Assembly (NCBI GenBank): GCA_977030845.1
Contig: OZ365114.1
Location: forward strand, 12,586,001-12,650,000
Source: Fimbriosthenelais zetlandica
Taxonomy: Eukaryota
Direction: 5' to 3'
DNA: 64,000 bases
Position numbers and translations under genes: made by a program. This document shows, in pieces, positions 25,324 to 38,650 of this stretch (positions are counted from its first letter, which is position 1; each line of letters opens with the position of its first letter). Below the pieces are notes generated by a model. The model did no database searches, had not been told where the DNA came from, and saw nothing but the letters and a program-made list of their open reading frames with translations.

Positions 25324-28300
25324 TTTTATTAACATAATCCGAGTAAAAGTGTACTCACAACATAACTTCAAATTGATTAATGCAACCATAATATTTATGC
25401 ATATTTTCAATATCAAATTTATGACAATGTTAGCAATGTTTGGACGAAAACATGTTTTCATATTTCACTGCTGTGATACTGTATCATACAGTCTCAATTC
25501 AAATGGTAACGGGAAACATTGATTTCCCTGGCGGACGGGTGGGAGGGTGGGTGCTTGAGTGGGGGTGAGGATGGGTGGGCCTGATCTGCAATAAGATTCT
25601 ATCATAATTCAACCACAATCGTACCTTAAATATCCCCACCCTGTAGCCTGAACCTAACCCATACGCTAACAATTTCTCACCATTTCTAAAAAGAAAAGAA
25701 TCCCACGCATGTCCCTCGCATTCATCCTACTCCTAGACCCAACCGAACCCCCTACCCCGCCCATTAATCCAGCCTAGTCCTCCAGACAGTCTGCTTTGAT
25801 CATTCATCTAGAGAATAGAGAGGGTGGGTGGGTGGGTGGGTTGGGGGGGGGGGGTATATTGACTGTGAACTCCAGACCTCCTCAGACCGCCTGCATGCAT
25901 GTACCTGAGTTTTATTATGAGGGGACCACACTAAGACGAACGTTGAGGAGATAACAGGTAAAAAAATAATTTTTTGTAAAGATCGTCTCGATCTTATCTC
26001 AGTGTTCCGATGAAAAATGTACCAGTGGTGGACGGCCTTAAGCCCTTAGATACAGTTTATGAATTCTATTGTGGTACAAGCATCACCTTTGTGGTAAATC
26101 ACAGTAGTAGCACAAGCGAAATTGCAGAAGTGGGGCTCCAGCTTAAGACTGGTGGATCTCCTATAGATAACCCCACCATCGGATCCATAACCGATGATAT
26201 AATTTAAACATGTTTAATATTATTTATCGCCTCAGTTCCAAGGGAAGCATCGACGCGTTGCTTTATTGGTTTATCGCGTTAGTGGTGCCCTGGCATTTGA
26301 ATAGACCAGACCTCAGCGGGCTTGATTTAATTTGACTAACATCATTCAGTCTCTGCTCTCTGTACTCCAGGGTCCAAGAGGGGAGATAAATCTCCTCCAG
26401 ATAGGCGAGGAAGCGGCCAGGCTGGGCCTCCTGTAGACAGATAGTGCTTAACAAAGCTAATTGTTGACCTTTAACAAAGCCTAGATAAAGAATGGATGGG
26501 CAGCCAGGTATAGAGCTTGACTATATGTGTGGTGAGGCTGGTGTAGTATAGTATAGAGCCCATTATAAGGCTCGGTTACACCGACTAGTGGCACGGTCAG
26601 AATTTCAATATTTTTAGGGCACTTTCAACCGTTATAGGGCATTGCATAGTGAAAATTATATGGTTCCATCGCTGGGTCTTTAAGGGCACCACGGCCTTAA
26701 ATAAGGGCACTAAGGCAATTGCAGTAGTGCCGTAGGCCAAATTCGATCCCTGTATTTGACCCCATAGCAGGTCAACAAAGTCTTTTTTCTCTTCGGAGAC
26801 TTTATTTGTTTAACCTTAAATGGGTGAATATTTGTTAAAGGCCAGTGAGCAATTTGTCTGTTATCTCAGGATAAGAAGGAAACATGCTGTCAGTGAATAA
26901 TAGATGCTCTTTCCCAAATGTTAACAATGGTTCATTCATGTAATGGGATTTTCAATTTGATTGTAAATCCAGAAAGTGTAGCCTAGCCCTTTATGGCTAC
27001 CTTGGAGAGTAGAGAATGGGGTGTCAACCTGGTATACAATATGTAGATAGTCGTACTATACTGTCAGTGTGCATGGTCACGCTTAGTGTACAACTATCTG
27101 GCAGAATTAAGCTTGCATAACAAAGACGATTCTTATGATAGTCTGGGGTGAAAATCTACATTTTCAGGGGCAAAACTGCATGTAAATCACAAGATGGTGA
27201 TGGCACCAGAGCTCCCTTTATTATACTGTATAGGCAGAGTTACAGGTGCTGCTTTAGCTGGGGCTGAATACAGAAGCAATTCCACTAATGCTGTGTATAG
27301 AATAAAGTCCATCTAATTAATTGCCATTAAGGCTTATATACTTATAAAATACAGAATGCATTGCAGCCTCAACTCCCCATTTGATTCCCATAGATATTAC
27401 AAATTGCTTCATTATCTTTTATCGTGTTTTTCTATTAACTGGGGCCTTGATCAAGTGCACGCTTCTCCCAAATAGGGAGAGTGAGATCTGGGTTAGCATA
27501 GAGCCATGAAGGTTCAAGTTCAATGCCCGAGTTCTCCAATCCCCTAAAAGAATCAAAGTCTACAATAGTTAATTTCATTTTCAGTTTTCCATTTCCTCAC
27601 ATTCGTACTTCCAACGACAGATATGGTATGTACATGTATAATTATTAATTTTATTAATAAATTATATTCTCGACATACATAAAAACGGTGGGAAGCAGGA
27701 AATTGAGAACATTGGAACCAAGCACCTTGGCTCAGGGATAGTATCTCCTGTCCTTTGGCAGCAAATGAACCCGAGATATGTGATGCAAGTTGCCAAGGAG
27801 GATCGTTGCAAACAAAACTAAGGCCTGGAAAATGAAACCAATCGCACAAATATAAAATGTGACATAAAGTGATCAATTAAAGGGGCTCTATCACTCCTCC
27901 ATTAAGTGTAGGCCTACATGAGCCATATTTAGTTAGCTCTGGACAATATTTTTATTCTATGCAGCAGTTTTTTCGCAAACACTAAGTCTTAGTTTCTTCA
28001 AGTTCTAGATAATTTTGAACTTGAACTTCTTGTCCCAGGTTCACGGACATAGCCAAAAGCACTGTAAACTTAGTGTTTTTGTCCTTGGACTTAATAGAGT
28101 TACATTGATGCTGGGCTTTAAATACCACAACACTTGAGACTCTTGTATGGCTGTGTCGGGAAGTTCAATAGAGGTTTGTTTCATCTGAGAGAGAGAGGTG
28201 TTAAGCCAAGTGTTATACAATACATCTCAGGTTCCAACTAGGACTGCCTACAGTCAAAATCAATAAGTCAAGGTGGGTAGAAAGGCAAGAGGACGGGTCT

Positions 28301-28328
28301 AGGTTCTATTTATAATCTGCTGGATGCC

Positions 28329-28660
28329 TTAAAGCGGCTCTATCACCTATATCTTGGATCACCTAAAGCGGATTTATCTCCAATATTTTGGCTCGCTTCA
28401 AGTGGTTCTCTCACCAATGTTCTCTCCCTTAAAGGGCTCTATCTCCAAAATTTGGCTCACTTAAAGGGCATACAGCTTTAGGCAAGTGGGCGGGTCAATT
28501 ATCTATCTATTTAAAGTGGCTGTATCGCAATTTTAGCTTGTTAACGTGGCACTATCATCACAATCTTGGCTTGCTTAAAGTCACCAATATTTTACAACTG
28601 GCAGGGGACTTGTCAACGATTTATGGTCTGCTACTTAACTTAAAGCGGCTCTATCACTGA
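28329..28660 (+). repeat. Degenerate ~30-35-bp tandem array built from the Kolobok-like left terminus
   Basis: About 9 units starting TTAAAG(C/T/G)GG(C/T)TCTATC(A/T)CC.. in the same orientation. Confidence 0.75.
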
Positions 28661-31600
28661 TATGTATTTTTAAAGTAAGGAGGGCAGGTCTAGGCCCTAG
28701 TTATATATATGCTCTTCCACTATCTGTAGAAAAATAGACCATGACAAGTTTCACTTTCTTATTTATTCAAGCTGTTCCCTTCCACTGATCGCATCTCGGT
28801 TCGGAAACATATAAAATAGATGGTGGTTTCTTGATTCCCCCCCCCCCCCCTTCCGGTCTATTATGTGGCTACATGGATGTATAACTCTGCCTACGGGTCT
28901 ATTGGTAAAGATATATCGAGCCATGTGTCGTTAAAAAGCAGCACAACAACAAGGCAACTGTGAGACAAAGACATTTCCGCAAGGACAAGTTTCCATGTCT
29001 TGTCATACTCATTCCACATGAGTGACCAACAAAGCTGGACAAATTCTCTTTCATTCCCAATACCCCTCCCGGCACTGAGTCTATCTGAAAGGTACCGTAT
29101 ACAGCCTGATAAGCACCCAGATCGACACACTAAATCTAATGCAGCCATTTTCCATTAACCGAAGCAACTGTCGCTTATACCGAGATGTCCTGTTGCCCTA
29201 AAATTATTATCTATCATAATTATTATGAATGAATATTTAATGTCTAACCAGCAATTTTTCAGCTATCTCAGGACGAGAAGAAAACAAGCTGTCAGGACAC
29301 AAAGACATACTCTTCTCGAACATGAGCGTCTTGAACATCAGTGCATGGGAAAGACATGGCTGGACTTTGATATTCCAGTTAGCAGCAGTGGAGACGGAAG
29401 AAAATTGGAAATTTACAGAATGTAAGGAGTGACTAATATTATGTTGCACTGTTGCATATTAGATAATTATATTTAGACCTTGGGTAATATAGGTTATAGC
29501 AGCATATTTCGTATTCAGATTGAATATATGTATGCAGATTATATCGATATGCAACATTTGCATTCAAATGCATATCTTTATGCATATCTATAAGCAATGT
29601 CATTTGCATTTTATCTTCAAATCTCCATGCATATCAGATATATTTTTTAACCATTTTATTTATCGCATACTCTTTAGCAATATAACTACATTTTCTGTAC
29701 ATTTTATAATAATTTAAGCACAAACACGTGTATTGCAGCTAATGTATATTTGATTGCATATATCTGGCCTAGAATTGTAAGTACCAGACAATACAATGCA
29801 GCACCTGTATTAGGTATTTAGGTGGGGGGAACACGTACAGTACCACCAAGCTGGGACTGTGTCTGTTTCATTTATATTGAACACAAGTGAAGAGCAAATG
29901 GGGATGGACAGGCAAGCTAGAGCAGCTCAGCGATCACTGAGCCAGACTGGTGTAAAGAAGGGCGATGGTGATCGATATGGCACAAGCAAGGCATAATGCC
30001 GGTATGTATGACGAACGACTCGAGGCCAGCCATCTATATGTATTGGTGTGATAGGTGAGATGAATATAAGTACAGAGGAATTTCATTAAAGCGACCAGCT
30101 TAAGGAGTGTACTAATTGTGCTGCTAACTGGGACATCAAAGGCCAGACATGTCTCCCACTGTCAGTGGTGAGAGGCATGTAAAAACCAAGTATTTAGTGT
30201 CTGGTGAGAGGCATGAGGGAGATATCATGACACAACTAAAGCATTTTAATTTAAGGGGGCATTTGGTTCATATTTTGTACCAATGGTACTGGAATATATT
30301 CTAGCTGAACCATGATTTGCAATAAAATCTGTAGTCCAAATTTATAAATTAAAGTAAATTTTTAGTAGGACTCTTGCAGTATAGATAAATGCAACGGTAG
30401 CCCAAATTTATCAATTAAAGTGCACTTTTTCTTTGACACTTGTCTTGCAATACATTATTTACATATACCGTGGCCAAAATCTATAGATTATGGTGTACTT
30501 TGTGTATGACTCTGGCAACAAAATGTGTAGGCCAAATTTATAAATTAAGGCCCAGATTGTGAATGCCTTGCAATATAATATGTAGCCCAAATCCATAGCT
30601 TATAGTGTACTTTTTGGTGCCAGCAACCAGCATGTATGGGTGGGACAGAATACCCACGTCAGGGCCCATCAACCACCCACATCCAAGTATTACAAGTCCT
30701 TTCTTTGACCCAGACACTTTAGCATTCAGGCCCCCAGCCCGGCTGATAAATAGGAATCAAGAGTAAGAGACGCATTGAGGCAATCTGGAGTGACAAGAGT
30801 GGGGGGCATTGACATGGCCTAATGGAAAGTCTGGGCAGGAGAATAGGGACGAACTATATGGCGTACACTGTACAGATTCAACACTGAAATGTTTAGCAAA
30901 TATACAATGGAAATCTGGTAATGGTGGAGCCCACTCAGTCCCAAGTCATTGTGTCTCGTGCGATTGTCTTTTGGAACTTTTACCTTGCGACTCTGGGACT
31001 AGTGCAACTATAAAATATATCGCGAGTCATCGCGAGTTGCGAGTCAGTCATATATATTGGATGGCAGACGATAGTTGCAACAGAAAATACATGAAAATGT
31101 CAACCAGAAAAAGTCCCATCGCAAGAAATCTGTAGACATGCCCCAAAACAGATAAGTTAGTAACCCTAACTCCCAATGTAACCCTGATTCCAAATTTAAC
31201 CCTCATTACCAATTTAACCCTCATGTCCAATTTAACCCTCATGTCAATTCAACCCTGACTCTCAAAGTAACCCTAACTCCCAATGTAACCCTGATTCCAA
31301 ATTTAACCCTCATTACCAATTTAACCCTCATGTCCAATTCAACCCTGACTCCCAAAGTAACCTTAACTCCCAATGTAACCCTGATTCCGAATTTAACCCT
31401 CATTTCCAATTTAACCCTCATGTCCAGTTTAACCCTCATCTCCAATTCAACCCTAACTCCCAAAATAACCCTAACTCCCAATGTTAGTGGGATAATGGGA
31501 TATTCACTATCGTTATGTGCACTCAATGACTTTGGATGTGCAAGGTTGGTTCACAGCTAATTGTTACAGTGTAGTGTAGTACAGTGTAGTGTGGGCCTGA

Positions 31601-31967
31601 GACGAGGCCAGGTTTTGATGGCATGAATGGGACAATGATAAGTCTGTTGTCTTGAAAAACAGATCAGTTGTGAAGCGTCTAAATTTAGATCTGAACCATA
31701 TTTCCCTCAAAAGTTCCTTGGTCGAGACAGCCTGACTTATAGCTATTCTTTGCTATCTTTCATATTTAAAATAGAATTCATTTTACTCTAATAAGGTGAA
31801 ACTAACATAACTTGTCTGCAATAAGAGGGAGGTTTAGCACTCATCACTGAATAATGATGGAGGTACTTTAATTAAGAAGTGGACCATTTACAACTGGTTT
31901 GACCATCCCTTGAGAGTGGAAAATCTACAGTACCACTGACTCATTGCTGATCAGTGATAGTGCCACT
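28644..31967. mobile_element. Candidate longer non-autonomous Kolobok-like element (3.3 kb)
   Basis: Left TTAA|AGCGGCTCTATCACTGAT and right ATCAGTGATAGTGCCACT|TTAA (16/18 inverted match). The two ends could belong to separate insertions. Confidence 0.45.
31161..31483. repeat. 18-bp minisatellite (YAACCCT + 11 nt), 18 units, higher-order period of 5-6 units
   Basis: Variants TAACCCTAACTCCCAATG, TAACCCTGATTCCAAATT, TAACCCTCATTACCAATT, TAACCCTCATGTCCAATT, CAACCCTGACTCCCAAAG recur in the same order three times. Confidence 0.92.
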
Positions 31968-32449
31968 TTAATATTATCAGTGAATCATGCAACAAGACGT
32001 TATTGCCAAAGCAATCCATATTCCCAGTCTGGTGCGAGTATTAGCTTCTATCTAGACTGTTGGGAATGTACTGATATGTGTTTACGATTCACAACTAATC
32101 TACCTCTCCATTAGGGATAATCATTGAGCAGGTTGTCTGCTTATCCGCGGGATTATCCTAGCTAATCTGTGTATGGATAAATCTGTCCATGATGACTAAC
32201 CAGTAGTAGAGATATGGTGGAGGCCAGTAAAAGTGAGTGAGCAAGCTTAGATATGGGGAGACGCTAGTAGTAGCTCCTGCTCCTTTTGCACCCATATCAG
32301 ACCGCCAGGAGGCGCATGTTTACACTGGAGGAAATGGGCGATAATGGGAGCATGTAGAGTACCCCCTCCAGCAGGCGATAATAGAGGGTGATGGACATAA
32401 TGCACAGGCTGGGTGCTGGTGCCATTTGTAAGGGGGAGAGAGGGTAGGG

Positions 32450-32770
32450 AAGAGACAGAGAGAGGGGGAAATTTTGACGTGCCACCTCATGTTGTGGGTG
32501 ACATGGCTCAGATAGAGAGAAAGAGACAGAGAGGGTGGAAGAGAGGGGAAGAGAGAGAGAGAGAGAGAGAGAGAGGAAGAGAGAGAGAGAGAGGGGGGGG
32601 GGGAGACAGAGAGAGAGAGACCAGGCACAGAGAAAGGAAAAGAAAATCCAAGAGAAACGCGAAGAGAAGAAGGCGAAAAAGATAGAATAGAAAACGCAAA
32701 CGCGAAGGAAAGAGTCAGAAGAGAGAGAGGACGGATAGGAAGGAGACAGGAGTGAGAAGCAGAAATGTGG
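32450..32770. repeat. (GA)n-rich polypurine tract
   Basis: Seen directly; similar tracts at ~33240-33490 and ~37610-37880. Confidence 0.9.
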
Positions 32771-35700
32771 AGGAAGAATGGGTAGGAGAGGCAATGGAAA
32801 GTAAGGAGAAAGTTCGGGGGCTGGAGAGGGGTTGTTAGAGGGCATGGAGAAGCAGGGTACGGGGATGTGGAGCATGTTTGCCTGATGAAGGAACATGTGG
32901 TGACAATATTTAGGTTTTATGGGCTTCTGTGTACGTTACTCCAGCTGGGAATGGAAATGTGAGAGAGTGAGAGTCTGAGAGAGGGAGGAGAAGGGAGGGC
33001 ACGAAACTAAATGATCAGGGATCGAAGATAGGCAAGTTTAGTTAGAAAATGTAAAATCTGTGTCCAAGATAAAAAAGAAATCCCAATTTGACCACATATT
33101 GCATTAAATTTATGGAATGTAAATTATGTTGAAATCTATGGATACTTCACTTTTAAATAAAATATTGGTTTCACATAAATGTTATATCTTCCTTAAAATA
33201 ATTATACATGTACATGAAATGGAGAAATTGGAGTGGCCTAGAGAGTGGAGAAAGAGGGAATGACACAGCCGAGAGACAGAGGGGGAGATGGAGAGTGAGA
33301 GAGGGGAAAGAGACTATCATTAAAGAAGGGGGAGGGAGGGTAAGTGAGAGAGAAGGAAAGTTAGTATTGAGGAAGAGAGACAAGAGAGTGAGACAGAGGA
33401 AAGGGTATATCATTATTCATAAGAGGTAGGGAAAGCAGACAGAGAGAATAGTGAGATGGGAAGAGAGAGTAGAGGGCGAGATGGAGAGTGGAGTAATCAT
33501 CATGAATTTTACAAGCCGGAGGCGTGCAAGCAGACATCCATCAGATGGTGGGATGAGGGCAGCTATAGAGTATTATACAGGCTCTGAGTGGAAAATTTAA
33601 ACCTACCATAGGTTCAAACTAAAGAGGATATATAACACCTTTACAGGTATAAAGGAAACTAACGGTGTGCGAAAAGGCAATAATTCACACTATGGATACT
33701 GTTGTTTCATTAAATTAATTTACAGTAAAACCTGATAGATTATTAGACAAAGCACTAGGCTGAAAACCACAAATTGTAGAGGTATTCTGCTATGTGAGCC
33801 TAGACTATAAAATTTGCTATATAAAAATCCCAAAAGAAAATTATTATTATTATTATAATATCTCTTTAAGTTAATCAGTACATGTGTATCTCATAATCCG
33901 GACAAATCTTATCACCAAATTTTCAGGCAATAATGCTAAACATTTGCAGTAAAACTTCCACTAGTGAACAGCTGTAAATATATGTCACAAGGACTGTCGG
34001 TTAGGAGAGAGTCGTGTCACCCGAGAATCTTTAAATCATCTCTCGTTCTTCAAAGAAAAATGGCCCTAAATTGTAATAACTTCAAAGAAAAATGGCCCGA
34101 GAAAAGCATAGGGATTATGCCAGGCTTCTTTCAAACTGAACCAACGGTGTCGGAGTGAAATAAATGAGGGGCCCATCTGCCACAGGTGTCGAGTCAGAAA
34201 TGTGTTAAATCCTTTGCAAATTGGGTGCATATCAATTACTATGAGTAATGGCGGGGGAATATGATACACAAACATTTTTTTAATTTGAGAAGTGAAAACT
34301 CAAGTAAGTATATCACATTAAACATAACATAGCATGGCTAATGATTACAAGTATAGGACGAAATATATAAGCTTGAAATATAATATGCCATGGAAGAATA
34401 TTTATGCCAAGGGTAACCATAAATGTATTTTAGTAAGTAAATAAACTATTGGATAGATTTCCAAGATCACTGTTCTTTCTTTTTTTTTTTCGATTTTTTT
34501 CTGAAGGGGGCGGGGAGTAAGTGAAAAGGGATTCAAAAAGGGGGGACCCCCATACAAACAAATTCCGAGAAAAACATGTATTTAATAGAATATTTATATA
34601 GGAACAAACCAGTGAACCTGTAAATCTTCTATAGATTTTACAGGTTTTATATACATCTAAATTAGAGGCTAACTATAACATCTCCCTGTCATGATCTTGA
34701 ATCACATCAAACTCACTGACCCACAAATTTAAATACCAGAGAGAAGTGGGTCAAATATTGGTAAATATTAATACAACTCGTGCCAATGTTTAGGATAGGT
34801 GCTTCGTACTAGGCCGCTGTAAACCACTAGAAATAATTTTCTTTTTAAAACTTGTTACAAATAAGAAATTTATTGATACAGTATTAAATTGATTAACACC
34901 GTTCCTCCCTCCCCTCCAAATTCTTCCACTTTTCCCCCAATCTCCCTTCATTCTCTCACTTCAAGCAATCACCCTTTTATGAATCCTTCTATCTTCCTCT
35001 CTCTGCAGCATCCTTTCCATTATTTCTCCTCTAGAGTCGAAAGTTTTATTTTGTTTTATTTATCCTCTGTTTTGATCCCTGGGTTATCTCGGTATTTAGT
35101 GGGGTTACCGGGGGGGGGGGGGGGTGATGAGTGAATGGGGTGGGGCTGTGGGTGGGTGGGTGGGGTAGAGGGTGTTCTGGTCGGGTCTCTGTTAACATGT
35201 GCAGCATGTTAAGCATGTTCTCTCCTTCCTGCTCCCTGCTCTCCCCCTCCTGCCCCCCGCGCCCCTTAACATCAATCTGTCCCCACTCCTCTCTCATAAA
35301 CCAAACCCATGTTTTAAGCTTGCCTGCTTCTGAAAGGGAAACCCCATAGTAGAAACAATCTCCAGGGCCTGGGGAATGCTACAAGTCAGGCCACAAAAAT
35401 GTGTGAATTATTACAATGGCCATTTTTCCCTAGTGATTACCAACGCCATCTTCACGAGGTAAAAAGGAGAGAATCTCATTTAAAAACAACAATGTTTGCT
35501 GGTTTTTTAGTCACACGAAATTGGTATTATGAGTAAAGCTGTTAAATGGGATGACATGTCTAAATTTTAAAGTATAAATCTTCACAAATACAATCAAAAT
35601 TTTATATTTGCATTTATTATATTTGGTTAAGTTTGTAATTCTGTACATGTAGTATTGCAAAGTCTGTTTAATTGACATGATATAATTTATAATATTGGTG

Positions 35701-36637
35701 CAATGCAACTTACAATTCATTGTGTTTTCATAAAATATAACTATATTATAAGCTGTGCTATATCCTTGTCAAATTAAAAATATTTTGGGTGCAATCTACT
35801 CTAACGCCTAACAAAAAGAAAATTACAAATCCTTATCATCCAGCGTATATAAATGAAATTGAACCGGTAATCCAATACCCGGTAAAATCCCAACAATTTA
35901 AAGGAAAGGCAATGAAACGTTATCTTCAAATGATACTATCCTGACGAGTGGGAGAAAATATTTCTTTAAGAATTTTCCATTAGTTCTACTCTGCCAGTTA
36001 CAAGCCTAGGGCGGCCTGGGGAGAATTAAAAACGTCCCAAACCAGATTTCCATTCATCATTTCGGGAGGGCTTTTTTCACACCTATCCCATTATCCGGAA
36101 TGGAGTTTTGTCTCCTTGTTCAATTTATAATGGATTAGAGGTCAAAATCCATCCCATTTTGCCAATAGCTGGCTCCTGGCTGAGGTGTTTTTTGTTGGGT
36201 GATTTTTTCCTATCACGTATAGGAGGAGAATTTGTAGGCTGTGTGGGGGTGTGGGCCCTGGGGCAAGGCTGGGGAGTGTAGGACGCTGGCTTAGAACTCT
36301 AAGATTATTGTAGTACAGTCAAGTCTAAGAATGCAGATGCTAAGTAAATAAGGAAGTACTGCTTTACAAAAAATTATCTTGTTAGAGCATGCTAGCAGGG
36401 GTTTGCGATTAAATGGATTTGTTAAAGCATAAGCCGGAATACTGAATGGATAATCTGATTGCCAGATTAAGAAATAATTCATTGTATACGTTATGTCGTT
36501 ATATATAACGGGGCAAAGTGAGGAAAATGTATAGCCTAAATCAGACATATTAATTTGACAAATCTGGGATCAGCAGATTAATAGGATGGTCTGATCTGGA
36601 CGGCATAATGGGGGTAAAGTTCGCTGTGTGATCCATA

Positions 36638-37480
36638 CCGCTATAACGAGGTGTGAGTGTAGACAGACTCACTATACTCTCTCTGATGAAGATGAGCTAT
36701 CTGGTCGTTATAACGGGGTGTGAGTGTAGATGAGCTATCTGGTCGTTATAACGGGGTGTGAGTGTAGGTGAGCTATCTGGTCGTTATAACGGGGTGTGAG
36801 TGTAGATGAGCTATCTGGTCGTTATAACGGGGTGTGAGTGTAGATGAGCTATCTGGTCGTTATAACGAGGTGTGAGTGTAGACACTCACTATACTCTCTC
36901 TGATGAAGATGAGCTATCTGGTCGTTATAACGGGGTGTGAGTGTAGATGAGCTATCTGGTCGTTATAACGGGGTGTGAGTGTAGGTGAGCTATCTGGTCG
37001 TTATGACGGGGTGTGAGTGTAGGTGAGCTATCTGGTCGTTACAACGGGGTGTGAGTGTAGGTGAGCTATCTGGTCGTTATAACGGGGTGTGAGTGTAGAT
37101 GAGCTATCTGGTCGTTATAACGGGCTGTGAGTGTAGATGAGCTATCTGGTCGTTATAACGGGGTGTGAGTGTAGACAGACTCACTATACTCTCTCTGATG
37201 TAGATGAGCTATCTGGTCGTTATAACGGGGTGTGAGTGTAGATGAGCTATCTGGTCGTTATAACGGGGTGTGAGTGTAGATGAGCTATCTGGTCGTTATA
37301 ACGGGGTGTGAGTGTAGATGAGCTATCTGGTCGTTATAACGGGGTGTGAGTGTAGATGAGCTATCTGGTCGTTATAACGGGGTGTAAGTGTAGATGAGCT
37401 ATCTGGTCGTTATAACGGGGTGTGAGTGTAGATGAGCTATCTGGTCGTTATAACGGGGTGTGAGTGTAGATGAGCTATCT
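36638..37480. repeat. 38-bp minisatellite, 19 full units in blocks of 5+7+7, each block preceded by a 27-29-bp interrupter
   Basis: Unit GATGAGCTATCTGGTCGTTATAACGGGGTGTGAGTGTA; interrupter GAC(AG)ACTCACTATACTCTCTCTGATG(A/T)A at ~36662, 36881, 37174. Confidence 0.95.
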
Positions 37481-38542
37481 AAAGCGGCGTGCCATACGGC
37501 CATAAGGCCGACATGTTGCTAATTATATTGATGGCAAAACTCGTAGAGAAGAGGCGGAGTTATCATCCCACGGCTGACTGATAAAAGATAAAGTCTCTTA
37601 ACCTTATAATGTGGGGAGAAAGGATGGGGGCGGGAGGGGAAAGAGGGATGGGATAGGGAAAGGGAGGGGATATATATGCCTGGGTTGTTGAGGGTGAAGG
37701 GAGAACTGGAAAGGGATGGGAAAGGCATGAGGAAAAGGGAGAGGGATATTGAAGGAATGGGGGATGGGGAGCGGTAAATGGGAGAAGGATACATAGGATG
37801 AGGGTGGAAGATAAGTGGATTGGATTATAAATGGAAATGGAAAGGAAAGTGAGTTGAGGGAAAGGGGGGGGGGAGAGTGCCGTGGGGGTTAAAAGCATTG
37901 CTTTAATTAAAACTCCCTTTCAATATACACATTTTTATGAGCCATTTGACATTTGTTCGGGACTACTCGTACTCATGGGTCCTATAACCTGTTTAGTACA
38001 TACAGCGCACCTTAATTAATTGAACATTTCCTACAATTCAGGACTTTAGTACTATCCAAGGATGGCCTTTGAAATGGCCGTTTTACTGCTAATTCACGTG
38101 GGAGGCTGGCTATGTATATCGATCCCCAGTTATCCGAGAACCCTTAATTGCTCTGAACGAAGGTAAATGGCCCAGACTTGAACATGCACAGAGGGGAAGA
38201 ACATGCAAGCATACAAACATAGTAAAACATAGATTCTATCCACGCGCTCCAATACACTGATGGGTTCAGATCTAATGGGGGAGGAGGGGAAGGGGGTACT
38301 CGTAAACAAATTGTTTTTTCATTCGTTTCGAGGAAAAATTACATGTTCTTAGTGAAAGGAGTATCCGACAGCACTTGGAATAGTATTAATAACTCCTAAG
38401 AAATGATATGATTGGCATTAAATGTTTTCTGCTTCTTCATGATCATCTAAGTTGGGGATCCGGAAATCTGTATTCTTCTTCAAGAAAGGGTACCTGTATG
38501 TGAAATTTTGATTTGCAGAAATTGTTTAAAATCCTTGGCCTA

Positions 38543-38650
38543 CAGTATAACCAAACCTTTATTACTGAACACCTCATAATAGGGAAAGCCTCCATACATT
38601 GAACACTCTTCCCCAGTCAATCAAATGTTCGTTATAGTGAGGTTTCACTG
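38543..38650. mobile_element. TA-flanked CAGT..ACTG MITE (Tc1/mariner-pogo-type ends)
   Basis: TA|CAGTATAACC ... GGTTTCACTG|TA; related degenerate right ends at ~23820-23832 and ~44075-44130. Confidence 0.6.

Noticed and set aside
31048-31560. ORFs encoding MRVKLD/LGVRVT or TLTPNV repeats, and an interstitial telomere
   Set aside because: The ORFs are by-products of a stop-free 18-bp repeat, with no splice or Kozak support. There is no tandem (TTAGGG)n.
36638-37480. CRISPR-like repeat/spacer appearance, and a hammerhead-like CTGATGA followed by a 4-bp stem (AGAT-GAGCT-ATCT) in the interrupters
   Set aside because: Units are contiguous and the interrupters are near-identical, not unique spacers; no cas genes; eukaryotic context. 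The hammerhead GAAA and stems I/III are missing.
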